A stretch of DNA of 64,000 nt from Clostridia bacterium (GCA_045592485.1 JAZNUS010000037.1:133-64132), one strand, 5' to 3'. Positions 1-10,344 are shown, counted from the first letter of the stretch. A program made the numbers and translations. The notes: generated by a model not told the origin, from the letters alone.

Positions 1-52
1 CGCTCAACATGACATTTTGTAATTTATTCTCATGCCGAAAAAACCCATTTTT

Positions 53-763
53 TCACTCAAGGCTTTTTCTGAGCATGGAAAGAACCTTTTTCTCAATCCT
101 TGAAATCTGCACCTGAGACACACCGATAATTTCTGACACCTCCATTTGAGTTTTTCCACGAAAATATCTGAGAATAATGATTTTTTTATCTCGTTCCCCG
201 AGAGAATTAATCGCCTCCTTCAATGCAAGCTTTTCAAGTTCATCTTCTGTGCTGAATTTATCTTTTACAACATCTGCAACACAAGTTTCGTTATCTCCTC
301 CGCCAATTTTTTGCCACAAGGATTCACATGGCATACAGGCCTCCATAGCCATTGTTAATTCTTCAACACTGCAAGAAAGCCTTTCGGAAATTTCTCCCAC
401 TGTTGGTTCTCTGGAAAGCTGAGCAGACAAAGCCTCCCGCACATGCACCGCTTTTATCCATAATTCCCGGAGAGAACGGCTGACCTTAAGTGTCGAGTCA
501 TCTCTCATATATCTTTTTATTTCACCGATTATGAGAGGCACAGCATAAGTGGAAAGTCTGAGACCAAGACTTGTGTCAAATCTTCGTATGGCTTTTATCA
601 ATCCTATGCTGCCTACCTGGACAAGATCGTCGAAATCGAATCCCGGTCTAATAAGCTTGCGTACAGAGCTATACACCAGTGCCATATTATCATCGGTGAG
701 TTTCCTTTCGGCATTTTTATCTCCCGAATGTGCCTGTCTGATTAAATTGTATATATCTGTCAA
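53..763 (-). CDS. sigF: Sporulation sigma factor SigF (sigma-70 family)
   Basis: 236-aa ORF with sigma region 2 (DLVQVGSIGLIKAIRRFD...STYAVPLIIGEIKRYMRD) and region 4 HTH (TQMEVSEIIGVSQVQISRIEKK). It is the third gene of an anti-anti-sigma / anti-sigma kinase / sigma triad. TTG start lies 8 nt after AAGGAG. Confidence 0.9.
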   Translation of the reverse strand: MTDIYNLIRQAHSGDKNAERKLTDDNMALVYSSVRKLIRPGFDFDDLVQVGSIGLIKAIRRFDTSLGLRLSTYAVPLIIGEIKRYMRDDSTLKVSRSLRELWIKAVHVREALSAQLSREPTVGEISERLSCSVEELTMAMEACMPCESLWQKIGGGDNETCVADVVKDKFSTEDELEKLALKEAINSLGERDKKIIILRYFRGKTQMEVSEIIGVSQVQISRIEKKVLSMLRKSLE

Positions 764-775
764 TTTATATACTCC

Positions 776-1213
776 TTATAGACATCTGTTTCTGATTCTC
801 TTTGTCATAGAAACCTTTGTTCCAACACCGGATACCGAATTTACAGCCACACTGTCCATAAAGGTTTCCATAACAGTGAAGCCCATTCCTGAGCGCTCCG
901 CTTCGGGACAGCTTGTAAACATGGGTTCCATTGCCTTTTCGATGTCCTCAATTCCAGTGCCGTTATCCTTTATGTCAACTGTAAATGTGTCTCCGTCTAT
1001 GTAACAGTCCATAAATACAATTCCGTCCTTCCTGCCCGTATATCCGTGAACAATAGAATTTGTCACAGCTTCGGAAACTGCAGTTTTCACATCGGTCAGC
1101 TCCTCCACGGTGGGGTCAAGCTGTGACAAAAATGCGGCGCATACAACCCTGGCAAGGCTCTCATTTTCGGGAATTGCAAGAAAACTTGTTTTAATGTTAT
1201 TACGATAATTCAT
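776..1213 (-). CDS. spoIIAB: Anti-sigma F factor, GHKL Ser kinase SpoIIAB
   Basis: 145-aa ORF with an N-box-like AVSEAVTNSIVHGY and G-box GMGFTVM. It sits between the STAS protein and sigF. Confidence 0.9.
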   Translation of the reverse strand: MNYRNNIKTSFLAIPENESLARVVCAAFLSQLDPTVEELTDVKTAVSEAVTNSIVHGYTGRKDGIVFMDCYIDGDTFTVDIKDNGTGIEDIEKAMEPMFTSCPEAERSGMGFTVMETFMDSVAVNSVSGVGTKVSMTKRIRNRCL

Positions 1214-1234
1214 TTGTTATCAATCCTTTCATAA

Positions 1235-1570
1235 TCAGAGTTTTTCTACGGCTTCTTCAAGATTTTCATAGATGGGAATGATTTTTCTGATTCCCGACAT
1301 TTCAAGAATACGGCTAACGGTGGAATTGGTACACACTACAGAAATACTGCCGCCAAAGCTTTTTATAAGCTTGTACCTGCCTATTATTACACCTATGGCA
1401 GAGCTGTCCATAAATGTGACATTCCTGAGGTCGATGACAAAATGTTTATCAGGATATGTGACAATACGACGGTCCGCCTCATTTCTTATGCGTATTGAAT
1501 AGCGATGGTCAATTTCACCGCTGACGCTCATAATAATTGCATTTTTTTCATTTGAAAAACTTAATTCCAT
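1235..1570 (-). CDS. spoIIAA: Anti-anti-sigma factor SpoIIAA (STAS domain)
   Basis: 111-aa STAS protein with phosphorylatable Ser context FMDSSAIGV. ATG is preceded by GGAGG. First gene of the triad. Confidence 0.88.
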   Translation of the reverse strand: MELSFSNEKNAIIMSVSGEIDHRYSIRIRNEADRRIVTYPDKHFVIDLRNVTFMDSSAIGVIIGRYKLIKSFGGSISVVCTNSTVSRILEMSGIRKIIPIYENLEEAVEKL

Positions 1571-1642
1571 TATTTTATGCCTCCGTTTAAAAAAGTTGAA
1601 TCCCAGCCTCCGTGTATGAAGCTGACTTCAACCTATAAATTC

Positions 1643-1685
1643 AAGAAAACCTCCCTGTTTCCTTTGTCGGGAAATGGGAGGTTTT
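1643..1685 (-). terminator. Rho-independent terminator-like hairpin after the GerM-like gene
   Basis: AAAACCTCCC (1647-1656) pairs with GGGAGGTTTT (1676-1685). On the minus strand it is followed by TTTTCTTG. Confidence 0.5.
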
Positions 1686-1743
1686 GAAAAGTATTATTCA
1701 AATTTCGACACTGAGATTTCAGACAGGTTTTAAACACAACAAT

Positions 1744-2697
1744 TCATTCTGCCAGGGCTGCATTTCTTTCAAGAGGAGCTGAAAAAAGCTGATTTCCGTC
1801 GCTTTCAGGCTTCTTGCCATCAATGAGAATCTGAACCTTTTCAATTCCTGCAATACGGGTCAGTGAATTAACCACAGAATAAACTGCCAGCTCCTGTGAT
1901 TGGTAGTTGTTTTTAAATTCTGACATAAATGCTCCGGTAAAGTTTACAAAGCACACTTCTTCGGTTGTTTCAACGCTTATAAATTCCGTATCCTTTGGAA
2001 AGGTTCTTTCAAGATTAGGCGATACCGGTCCCTTTATAAGCTCTGTAATAACAGTTTTTTCAATACTGTTATCAGTCATTGTGGCTTTGCGTGTTTCAGG
2101 GTGAAGCATTTTACCTTCTTTGTCTGTAAAATACAAAGTAATAAATTTTTCTGTTCTTGTTTCAGAGCTTGACGGCGAATCTGTAAGCACACTTGAGCTT
2201 CCGAGAGGCTCCACAATTTCACCCTTGCCGCCCATGGAGCGCAAATCTTCACCGTTTACATATATCTTTACCTTTTTGATATTTTCAAACTGACAAAGAG
2301 TCATAACGATGGAGTATCTTGCCAAAAGCTCATTTGATGCATTGTTTGGCTCCGTGGTATTAAGATAAAACTCTCCGCCGATATCAATGTTGACAAGTCC
2401 CGGTTCGTTCTTCGACTCGGAAGCTCCTCTGAGCGAAACCCCTTCGGGAATAACCGCAGAATTTTCAGGATTAACAGGACCGTCGAAGAGCTTTTCCATT
2501 ACTTCTGTAACGAGAGTCTGTGTATTTCCGAAAGACGCCTCATTTATATATGCTGTTTCACTTACAAGGGTTGTTTTTTCTTTATCGGCAAAATACAGCT
2601 TTATTTCTCCTTTGCCAACAGGCTTATCCGTCGAACACGCCGAAAGCAAAAGCACAGCTATTAAAGAAAGTGCTATTAAATTTATAAATCTTTTCAT
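1744..2697 (-). CDS. gerM: GerM-like lipoprotein (two GerMN-type repeats)
   Basis: 317 aa with lipoprotein signal MKRFINLIALSLIAVLLLSAC. Two similar halves end in ...IKKVKIYVNGE and ...IEKVQILIDGK. Located next to the spoIIA operon. Confidence 0.65.
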   Translation of the reverse strand: MKRFINLIALSLIAVLLLSACSTDKPVGKGEIKLYFADKEKTTLVSETAYINEASFGNTQTLVTEVMEKLFDGPVNPENSAVIPEGVSLRGASESKNEPGLVNIDIGGEFYLNTTEPNNASNELLARYSIVMTLCQFENIKKVKIYVNGEDLRSMGGKGEIVEPLGSSSVLTDSPSSSETRTEKFITLYFTDKEGKMLHPETRKATMTDNSIEKTVITELIKGPVSPNLERTFPKDTEFISVETTEEVCFVNFTGAFMSEFKNNYQSQELAVYSVVNSLTRIAGIEKVQILIDGKKPESDGNQLFSAPLERNAALAE

Positions 2698-2767
2698 ATT
2701 GGTTCACACCTTTTAGGATTGAAAGGTCTAATCTTGCTGAAATAATCTCCAATGGAATTGTTTTCGC

Positions 2768-4222
2768 CTATTCCACAGGAACATCGGGCAAGGTTATTTT
2801 AAACACTGAGCCTTTTCCCGGTTCACTTTCAACATCGATTGTTCCGTTGTGATATTTTATTGCGGTGAGGGCAATTGAGAGACCAAGCCCCGTGCCTCCG
2901 GTGTCTCGGGAACGAGCCTTGTCCACACGGTAAAAACGGTCAAATATTTTTTCGACATCTTCCTTTGATATGCCGACACCGGTATCCCTGATTTCTATGA
3001 CCACCTTGCCGTCAACCCGCTCCATTGCTACAAGAACATAGCCATCTGAATCGGTATATTTTATTGCATTATCAACTATATTGTATATTCCCTGCCACAA
3101 AACATCCTTATTGGCCATAAGCAGAATTTCTCCGGGAGTTGAGAACACAAGGGTTATATCGGCTTTTTTGGCAAGAGGCTGAAGATTTTTTTCAATGCCC
3201 TGCATAATATCATTTAAGGATTCAAGCTCAAAGCGTTTGTCATCATCGGATTTGCGTGCATCCATTTTTGTGATGTACAAAAGCTTATTTACTATGCGGT
3301 TTAGCCGGTCAACCTCGTTGTTCATATCACCCATAAACTCTTTTACATATTCGACGCTTATGTCCGGAGTCTGAATTATAGAATCCGCCATGAGCTTTAT
3401 GGAGCTGAGTGGTGTTTTCAGTTCGTGAGAAGCATCCGACACAAACTGCACCCTCTGCCGTTCAAGATTTATAACCTTTTCACTCATCATGTTGAAGGCT
3501 TCACCAAGTCGTGAGATTTCGTCATGACCTGATATATCGAGCTTTTCATCTAAAATACCATCGTCACTCATAGATGTGATTTTTGATGTGAAATCTACAA
3601 TTCGTTTTGACACAAGATTCGCCACTACGAAAATTATCAAACCAACAAGAACGAGGATAACAAAAATGAGAAAAACCATCTCCGTTAATATTGCATTGAT
3701 AAATTTTCCGATTGATTCGGGAACACAAACAACATTCACAACACCGATAACCCTGCCATTGACATCGAAAATCGGTGCCGCTGCATCAAGAGTCATAAGG
3801 TTGTCTTTATTTTCGTATTCACCGTATCCTCCGGATCCGTTTACCGCAGAAAGCACCGAAGGACGCAATTGAACCGTTCCGATGAGATTACGGTTATTCT
3901 GAGAATCATAGAGCACAATTGCATCATGATTCATAACCATAATTCTCATTTGGGAATCGACGCCCATTCCCCCGATAAACCTTGAAAAGCTGACACTGTC
4001 AACCTCTCCGCTTTCGGGAAGAAAATAGTCAGGTGCAAAGCTTGCAACAACATTGGACATGGTTGTAACATTAAGTTTTTCGTCATCATAAAGATATCTC
4101 TCTATGGTAGTAAGTACATAATAACCGAAAAGCAGAAGAGTTATCAGCATAATTATGAAATATGTAACAACAAGACGGGAGGTTATGCTGTTGAATCCTC
4201 TGATTGGTCTTTTAAATTTCAC
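2768..4222 (-). CDS. Sensor histidine kinase (two TM segments, HAMP, HisKA, HATPase)
   Basis: H-box SHELKTPLSS, N-box DNAIKYT, G1 DTGVGI, G2 GGTGLGLSIA. I prefer the in-frame GTG at 4222 (11-nt overlap with the regulator stop) over the ORF-track start at 4276. Confidence 0.85.
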   Translation of the reverse strand: MKFKRPIRGFNSITSRLVVTYFIIMLITLLLFGYYVLTTIERYLYDDEKLNVTTMSNVVASFAPDYFLPESGEVDSVSFSRFIGGMGVDSQMRIMVMNHDAIVLYDSQNNRNLIGTVQLRPSVLSAVNGSGGYGEYENKDNLMTLDAAAPIFDVNGRVIGVVNVVCVPESIGKFINAILTEMVFLIFVILVLVGLIIFVVANLVSKRIVDFTSKITSMSDDGILDEKLDISGHDEISRLGEAFNMMSEKVINLERQRVQFVSDASHELKTPLSSIKLMADSIIQTPDISVEYVKEFMGDMNNEVDRLNRIVNKLLYITKMDARKSDDDKRFELESLNDIMQGIEKNLQPLAKKADITLVFSTPGEILLMANKDVLWQGIYNIVDNAIKYTDSDGYVLVAMERVDGKVVIEIRDTGVGISKEDVEKIFDRFYRVDKARSRDTGGTGLGLSIALTAIKYHNGTIDVESEPGKGSVFKITLPDVPVE

Positions 4223-4895
4223 TGAAATAGTAACCAGCTCCCCACTTGGTAAGCAGATATTTTGGCTCAGCCGCATTGGGCTCTATTTTTTCACGGAGTC
4301 GCCTTATGTGAACATCAACCGTGCGGGCATCACCGGGATAATCATAACCCCAGATGAGATCGAGAAGGTTTTCACGGCTATATACCCTTCCGGGATTGGT
4401 AACAAGAAGATCCACAAGGTCAAACTCTTTGGAAGTAAGATCTGTTGTTTTGCCGTCTATGGTGACCTTACGCTGATTATAGTCAAGCTCAACAGAGCCT
4501 ATACGCACCTTGGTGCGGTCACCTTTGGGCATAATGGGAGTAACTCTCCTCATAATTGCCTTTACTCTTGCTTTTAGTTCAAGGATGTTGAAGGGCTTTG
4601 TGATGTAATCGTCTGCTCCGTATTCAAGGCCCATTATTTTGTCCATATCTTCTGCTTTTGCAGTGAGCATTACAATGGGAATATTTGAAAATTCTCTGAT
4701 TTTCTGGCAAACTGTGAGACCGTCTATCTCAGGAAGCATAAGGTCGAGAATTATAATATCAAGATTTTTATCCCTCGCAAGACGAAGAGCCTCTGCACCG
4801 TCATAGGCGGTTTCAACATCGTAGCCTTCCTGTTCGAAATTAAACTTCATTCCTTTAACAAGAAGCTTTTCATCATCTACAATCAATATTTTCAT
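4212..4895 (-). CDS. OmpR/PhoB-family response regulator
   Basis: Receiver domain (MKILIVDDE..., DLMLPEIDG) plus winged-helix C-terminus (RTVDVHIRRLREKIE). Translationally coupled to the kinase. Confidence 0.9.
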   Translation of the reverse strand: MKILIVDDEKLLVKGMKFNFEQEGYDVETAYDGAEALRLARDKNLDIIILDLMLPEIDGLTVCQKIREFSNIPIVMLTAKAEDMDKIMGLEYGADDYITKPFNILELKARVKAIMRRVTPIMPKGDRTKVRIGSVELDYNQRKVTIDGKTTDLTSKEFDLVDLLVTNPGRVYSRENLLDLIWGYDYPGDARTVDVHIRRLREKIEPNAAEPKYLLTKWGAGYYFSEI

Positions 4896-4898
4896 TTA

Positions 4899-5450
4899 TC
4901 AGTTCCCCCCGACAGTTATCATATCTTTGATCGCTTCATATTTGTTTTTGCCAATTCCTTTGATTTCCATCAGTTCATCTGTCCTTTTGAATTTGCCGTG
5001 GAGATTGCGGTAATTGATTATCTGCAGAGCAAGTTTGTCCCCGATTCCCGGCAAAGTGCTGAGTTCTTCAGCATCTGCGTTGTTAATATCTATGGGAAGC
5101 TTTGCAGAACTTTTTTCCGGCAATGCCGATTGCTCAGGGACAAAAATTGTGCAATCTTCGCACACATATGTGTCAAAATCAAATCCAGAAAGGTCGGCAT
5201 TTTCTGTCACTCCGCCTGCAATGTGTAAAACATCGTGAAGGCTTGTCCCTTTAAGAATGCTGTACAGCCCCGGAGCTTTAACAGCACCGGAGACGCCCGC
5301 AACAACTCTGTCGGCTGTGGGAGCATTCATCGGATTTTCAACGACAAATTCCGCCTTCTTTTCATTGTGAGCGGTTAAAAAATATCCTGCCGCCACTGCC
5401 GCAGCAAAAACAACAAGAACTATGATTATCTTTCGTGTTTCGGATTTCAT
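4899..5450 (-). CDS. comEA: ComEA-type competence DNA-binding protein (TM + SLBB + tandem HhH)
   Basis: 183 aa with an N-terminal TM segment. C-terminus is IDINNADAEELSTLPGIGDKLALQIINYR...IKGIGKNKYEAIKD. Confidence 0.8.
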   Translation of the reverse strand: MKSETRKIIIVLVVFAAAVAAGYFLTAHNEKKAEFVVENPMNAPTADRVVAGVSGAVKAPGLYSILKGTSLHDVLHIAGGVTENADLSGFDFDTYVCEDCTIFVPEQSALPEKSSAKLPIDINNADAEELSTLPGIGDKLALQIINYRNLHGKFKRTDELMEIKGIGKNKYEAIKDMITVGGN

Positions 5451-5452
5451 AA

Positions 5453-6550
5453 TTATTCAAGGAAATCCTTAAGCTTTTTGCTTCTGCTGGGATGACGCAA
5501 TTTACGCAGTGCTTTTGCTTCAATCTGTCTTATTCTTTCACGGGTTACTTTAAATTCTCTGCCCACTTCTTCAAGAGTTCTGGCTCTTCCGTCATCAAGA
5601 CCGAATCTGAGTCTTAAAACCTTTGCTTCTCTTGGTGCAAGAGTGTCAAGAACATTGATGAGCTGTTCTTTAAGAAGCATGAACGCCGCCATTTCAGAAG
5701 GTGCCGGAGCATCACTGTCGGGAATGAAGTCACCGAGAATGCTGTCCTCCTCTTCACCGATAGGAGTTTCAAGCGAAACAGGCTCCTGAGCTATTTTCAT
5801 AATTTCACGGACTCTGTCTTCGTTCATATTCATTTCCCTTGCTATTTCATCAACATGAGGCTCTCTGCCGTATTCCTGAAGAAGCTGACGGGAAACCCTG
5901 ATAAGTTTATTAATGGTTTCAACCATGTGAACAGGAATTCTGATGGTACGCGCCTGATCGGCGATAGCCCTTGTTATGGCCTGTCTGATCCACCAGGTTG
6001 CATAGGTACTGAATTTATAGCCTTTGGTGTAATCGAATTTTTCAACTGCTTTTATGAGACCCAGATTACCTTCCTGAATAAGGTCGAGGAAGAGCATACC
6101 TCTGCCCACATAACGCTTTGCAATGCTGACAACAAGGCGAAGGTTAGCTTCTGAAAGGCGTTTTTTGGCTCTTTCATCTCCGTTGTGCATACGCTCTGCC
6201 AGCTCAATTTCCTCCTGTGCAGACAAAAGCGGAACCTTGCCTATTTCCTTAAGATACATTCTTACCGGATCATCAAGACCGATGCCTTCGGGAACCGAAA
6301 GATCAAGTTCTTCCTCGGTTTCAGAATTCTGAATTTCATCAAGCTCTTTGTCGAAATCTTCAACAAGCTCGATGCCCTTTGCTTCAATGGTTTCATAAAC
6401 CTTTTCAATTTGTGCAACTGTAAGGTCGATCTGCTCAAGAGCATCGGCAATCTCCTTGTAAGACAAAACACCTTTCTTTTTTCCGGTTTCAATTAACTTC
6501 TTTATGATAAGGCTTCTGTTGTCGGTTGACATTGTTTCTTTATTTTCCAT
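5453..6550 (-). CDS. sigA: Primary sigma factor SigA/RpoD
   Basis: 365 aa. Region 2 is [41 protein letters not shown] and region 4.2 is [28 protein letters not shown]. Directly downstream of dnaG. Confidence 0.95.
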   Translation of the reverse strand: MENKETMSTDNRSLIIKKLIETGKKKGVLSYKEIADALEQIDLTVAQIEKVYETIEAKGIELVEDFDKELDEIQNSETEEELDLSVPEGIGLDDPVRMYLKEIGKVPLLSAQEEIELAERMHNGDERAKKRLSEANLRLVVSIAKRYVGRGMLFLDLIQEGNLGLIKAVEKFDYTKGYKFSTYATWWIRQAITRAIADQARTIRIPVHMVETINKLIRVSRQLLQEYGREPHVDEIAREMNMNEDRVREIMKIAQEPVSLETPIGEEEDSILGDFIPDSDAPAPSEMAAFMLLKEQLINVLDTLAPREAKVLRLRFGLDDGRARTLEEVGREFKVTRERIRQIEAKALRKLRHPSRSKKLKDFLE

Positions 6551-6565
6551 GTCACTACCCCTTTC

Positions 6566-8320
6566 TTATCCTTTGTTATTGATCATTGCATTGAATTCTT
6601 CCAGTGTAACTTCACCTTTCTGCAAAAGCTCAAGGGCTCTCTGAACACCGGATTTTTCTTTTATTTGCTTTATATAATCACTCACAGCGCGGTCTGTATC
6701 ATCCGACTGCACATCCAGGGCAAGTATGCCCGAGGCTTCGTTAATTTCTTCGTTAGTATCAAACTTTGCCATGAGTGCTGTATTTGAGGTTTTTTCATCT
6801 TTTCCGTTGCATTCTTTTATATAGGAAAAAATGACCTTATGAATTGGTGTTTCAAACATTTCATCATCTATCTGCGAAAGATATTTACGGCATAGCTTTC
6901 TGTCGTAAAACAAAGTGCTTAAAAGAAGAGCTCTTGTTTTTTCAACATATTGCCTGTCATCTTTCGGAAGAGATCCCTTGTTTACAACATTAATCACATC
7001 AACATTCGGAGAGCCGCTTTGAATGGCTCCGCTTTTCCGCATTCCTGTTTGTGTGATTATTGATGACTGTTGAACACCTGTTTTTTGGGAAATAATGTTG
7101 GCATATATGTCAAGTTCAACAGAGGTATCGATAAGCTTAAGATATTCTGATATATCGGAAATGTAGCTTAAGATATCTTCCGATTTTTTCAGATTGTAGT
7201 TTTCCCCGAAATAGTCAATTAAATACTCCATATCCGGCTTTCTGTTGTTAAGCATGGCATCAAACCTTGCCCTGCCGTGGGTTTTGATATATTCATCAGG
7301 ATCTTTTTTTGCTTTAAGATCAAGTACGGATATTTTCAGCTTTTTTTGAGTGCGCAAAACCTGAATCGCACGGTTTGTTGCATTTCGCCCCGCAGAGTCG
7401 GAATCATAGCATATTACAACCTCGTCAAAATATTTTGACAAAATTTTTGCCTGATGCTCACCAATTGCAGTACCGAGAGTTGCAACGGTGTTTTCATAGC
7501 CGCTTTTTATGAGGGCAATTGCATCCATATAACCTTCACACAAAATCACAAAAGGCTTTTTTGAGTGGCGTGCAATGTTCAGGGCATAAAGATTTTTTCC
7601 TTTTGAAAAAATCGAAGAATCGGGAGAGTTGAGGTATTTTGGTTTGCTGTCATCTAATACTCTGCCGCCAAATCCGATTACATCGCCGTTTGCATCAAAA
7701 ATAGTAAACATTATACGATTGCGGAAATAATCGTAATAGCTGCCCGAATCGTGACGGCGTATGAGACCCGCATCGTAGATGTCGCCTTCGGTGTAGCCTT
7801 TTGATTTGAGATGATCAAAAAGGGCTGTCCAACTGTTGGGTGCATAACCAAGCCAGAAATATTTTGCCACCTGACCGGGAAGCTCTCTTTTTTTAAAATA
7901 AGCCACAGCTTCTTCCGATGTTTTTATGCTTTGATAAAAAAACTGGGCAGCTTCTTTGTTTATTTCACACAGAAGCTGTCGTTTTTCCTTTCGTTTTTCA
8001 GCTTTTTCTGCATCGTAGCCCTTTGTTTCGGGAAGCTGAATACCGGCTCTTTGTGCCAAATTCTGAACAGCTTCATAAAAGGAAAGATTTTCGCTTTTCA
8101 TAACAAAATGAATTACATCTCCGCCTTCACCGCATCCGAAGCATTTAAAAATGCCCCGTCGGGGGGTAACATTGAATGAAGGAGATTTTTCATTGTGAAA
8201 GGGGCAAAGTCCCACATATGAATTCCCGCTTTTTTTAAGGCTGACCGTCTGAGAGACGACATCGAGTATGTCGTTGCGCTCGGCAACTTCTTTGATGATG
8301 TAGTGGGGAATCATAGCCAT
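6566..8320 (-). CDS. dnaG: DNA primase DnaG
   Basis: 584 aa with zinc ribbon CPFHNEKSPSF...FKCFGCGEGGD and TOPRIM motifs EGYMDAI and DSDSAG. Confidence 0.93.
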   Translation of the reverse strand: MAMIPHYIIKEVAERNDILDVVSQTVSLKKSGNSYVGLCPFHNEKSPSFNVTPRRGIFKCFGCGEGGDVIHFVMKSENLSFYEAVQNLAQRAGIQLPETKGYDAEKAEKRKEKRQLLCEINKEAAQFFYQSIKTSEEAVAYFKKRELPGQVAKYFWLGYAPNSWTALFDHLKSKGYTEGDIYDAGLIRRHDSGSYYDYFRNRIMFTIFDANGDVIGFGGRVLDDSKPKYLNSPDSSIFSKGKNLYALNIARHSKKPFVILCEGYMDAIALIKSGYENTVATLGTAIGEHQAKILSKYFDEVVICYDSDSAGRNATNRAIQVLRTQKKLKISVLDLKAKKDPDEYIKTHGRARFDAMLNNRKPDMEYLIDYFGENYNLKKSEDILSYISDISEYLKLIDTSVELDIYANIISQKTGVQQSSIITQTGMRKSGAIQSGSPNVDVINVVNKGSLPKDDRQYVEKTRALLLSTLFYDRKLCRKYLSQIDDEMFETPIHKVIFSYIKECNGKDEKTSNTALMAKFDTNEEINEASGILALDVQSDDTDRAVSDYIKQIKEKSGVQRALELLQKGEVTLEEFNAMINNKG

Positions 8321-8361
8321 ATTTACCCCCTCCTTTGCATTTTGTTTCTCATTATTATCCT

Positions 8362-8377
8362 TTCGACATTTGTCGAA
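8362..8377. promoter_or_regulatory. 16-bp palindrome made of two inverted perfect Spo0A-box heptamers (TTCGACA tt TGTCGAA)
   Basis: Read directly at 8362-8377, about 45 nt upstream of the dnaG start codon. It matches the 0A-box consensus TGTCGAA on both strands. Confidence 0.35.
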
Positions 8378-8453
8378 TAAACCCTTTCAAATTTTTCAAA
8401 TTCTATTCTTTGTAAAATAAAATTGCTCTCTGCAGCAGGATATTTGTGCATAT

Positions 8454-9446
8454 TTATTTAGTGGGCATAAACAAATCATTAAAAAGCTTTACGCAATAGT
8501 TATCTGTCATGCCTGCAATGTAATCACAAACAACAACCGAAGGCTCCCAGTCTTTCAGAAGAGCCTTATACTCTTCGGGAAGCTGGGATGTTTTTTCCAT
8601 GAAATAGCGGTAAAGCTTTTCAATTACCATAAATGCCTGAGAATCCCTTTCTGCAAGAACATTATAGACATTTTCAAACATGAATTTTCTCAGTTCCATC
8701 ATATCTGCATAGGTTGATTGGCTCATTGTTATTTTGTTTTCCCTGAGACTTTCGGAAACCAGGTCATTTATGAGGCTGTCTATCCTTTCGGAATGAGACA
8801 TACCAAGATTGTTGAGAAGCTCTGTGGGAATATCGGAATTTTTAATTATTCCGTCTCTGACAGCATCATCTATATCGTGATTTATATAGGCAAAGCGGTC
8901 CGAAAATTTTACAATCAGACCCTCGGGAGTTGATGCAAGGTTTTCGCCTGTGTGATTGGCAATCCCGTCACGAACCTCAAAGGTGAGATTCATCCCTTCG
9001 CCGTTTTTTTCAAGAACATCGACAACACGGAGACTCTGCTTGTAGTGTTGGAACCCATTTTCCGAAAGAATGTCAAGTGCTCTTTCGCCGGAATGACCGA
9101 AGGGCGTGTGCCCAAGGTCGTGACCGAGAGATATTGCCTCTACAAGGTCTTCGTTGAGACAAAGGGCACGGGCTATTGTCCGTGCAATCTGCGATACCTC
9201 GAGAGTGTGAGTGAGGCGTGTACGGAAATGGTCATTGTCAAAGGATATGAAAACCTGAGTTTTGTGTTTGAGACGCCTGAATGCCTTGGAGTGAATTATG
9301 CGGTCTCTGTCACGGATAAAATCTGTACGGAGCTTACACTTTTCTTCAAAGCGTTCCCTGCCTTTTGAATTTTCTGACAAGGTTGCCATGGGAGACAAAA
9401 TTCTGCGCTCAAGCTCCTCTCTCTGAATGCGGATATTCATTGGCAA
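8454..9446 (-). CDS. dGTP triphosphohydrolase-like HD-domain protein
   Basis: 330 aa with HD motifs THTLEVSQIAR and GHDLGHTPFGH. The position upstream of dnaG-sigA is typical in Firmicutes. Confidence 0.8.
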   Translation of the reverse strand: MPMNIRIQREELERRILSPMATLSENSKGRERFEEKCKLRTDFIRDRDRIIHSKAFRRLKHKTQVFISFDNDHFRTRLTHTLEVSQIARTIARALCLNEDLVEAISLGHDLGHTPFGHSGERALDILSENGFQHYKQSLRVVDVLEKNGEGMNLTFEVRDGIANHTGENLASTPEGLIVKFSDRFAYINHDIDDAVRDGIIKNSDIPTELLNNLGMSHSERIDSLINDLVSESLRENKITMSQSTYADMMELRKFMFENVYNVLAERDSQAFMVIEKLYRYFMEKTSQLPEEYKALLKDWEPSVVVCDYIAGMTDNYCVKLFNDLFMPTK

Positions 9447-9461
9447 ACACCCCTTTGGACA

Positions 9462-10043
9462 TTAATACTTTTCGCCGGTGAGCTCTTCATATATTCTTTC
9501 TGCCGCAAGGTGAGCCCTTGAAATTGCAAATTCGTCTTTGTCTGCCGGTGCCTGACCGCAAACACCCATATGGCCCATCATGGAGGACGAGGACGGTCCG
9601 AGAATTGTCATACCGTTTACAAGCATGCAGTCATGAATCGCCGCAACTGTTTTTTCCTGACCGCCATATTTTGACGCACCACAGGCAATTGCTATGCCGG
9701 GTTTTGAAAGAAATGCCTTTCTGCCTCGTGCATCGCGGGTTTTATCGAAAACACATTTGAGCTGACCGCTCATGGAACCAAAATATACCGGGCTTGCAAA
9801 AATTATTGCATCGGCATCTTCCATTTCGGAAAACATTCTGTCCAGCTTTGTGCCATAGCATGCCTTTGAGCAAGGCGATGAACAGGAAAGGCAAAATGGT
9901 GTTTTGCAGTCGGCAATGACCTCATCTGCTTTGAATATTTCTGTTTTTGCACCTTTCAATTCCAGATCTCTTAGTATTATATTAATAAGGAAAGCACAGT
10001 TGCCCTCCGGATTGTGACTTCCGTTTACAGCTACTATTTTCAT
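9462..10043 (-). CDS. Flavodoxin-fold NAD(P)H-dependent FMN reductase / iron-sulfur flavoprotein
   Basis: 193 aa. N-terminal MKIVAVNGSHNPEGN and a Cys-rich insert CKTPFCLSCSSPCSKAC. Confidence 0.6.
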   Translation of the reverse strand: MKIVAVNGSHNPEGNCAFLINIILRDLELKGAKTEIFKADEVIADCKTPFCLSCSSPCSKACYGTKLDRMFSEMEDADAIIFASPVYFGSMSGQLKCVFDKTRDARGRKAFLSKPGIAIACGASKYGGQEKTVAAIHDCMLVNGMTILGPSSSSMMGHMGVCGQAPADKDEFAISRAHLAAERIYEELTGEKY

Positions 10044-10188
10044 ATTATGTACATCCTTTCACAAAAACTTATCACTAATATATATACTACAAAAAAAAGG
10101 AAAATCCTTTTTTTGTAAAAAATATATTCTTCAAAGACTGTAATTACCATAAAACAACACTGAACACAGCAAATATTTTTATATACAG

Positions 10189-10218
10189 AAAAAACCTCAC
10201 GGAACATTGTCCGTGAGG
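10189..10218 (-). terminator. Rho-independent terminator after tRNA-Arg
   Basis: CCTCACGG (10195-10202) pairs with CCGTGAGG (10211-10218). A T-run follows on the minus strand (A-run 10189-10194 on plus). Confidence 0.75.
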
Positions 10219-10220
10219 TT

Positions 10221-10297
<77 letters not shown>

Positions 10298-10315
10298 ATA
10301 TCAGCAACAGATGGT

Positions 10316-10344
10316 ATTATAGCACATAATTCAAAGAAAATCAA
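10316..10344 (-). promoter_or_regulatory. SigA-type promoter for tRNA-Arg
   Basis: On the minus strand: TTGATT, 17 nt, TGcTATAAT (extended -10). It ends about 18 nt upstream of the tRNA 5' end. Confidence 0.55.
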
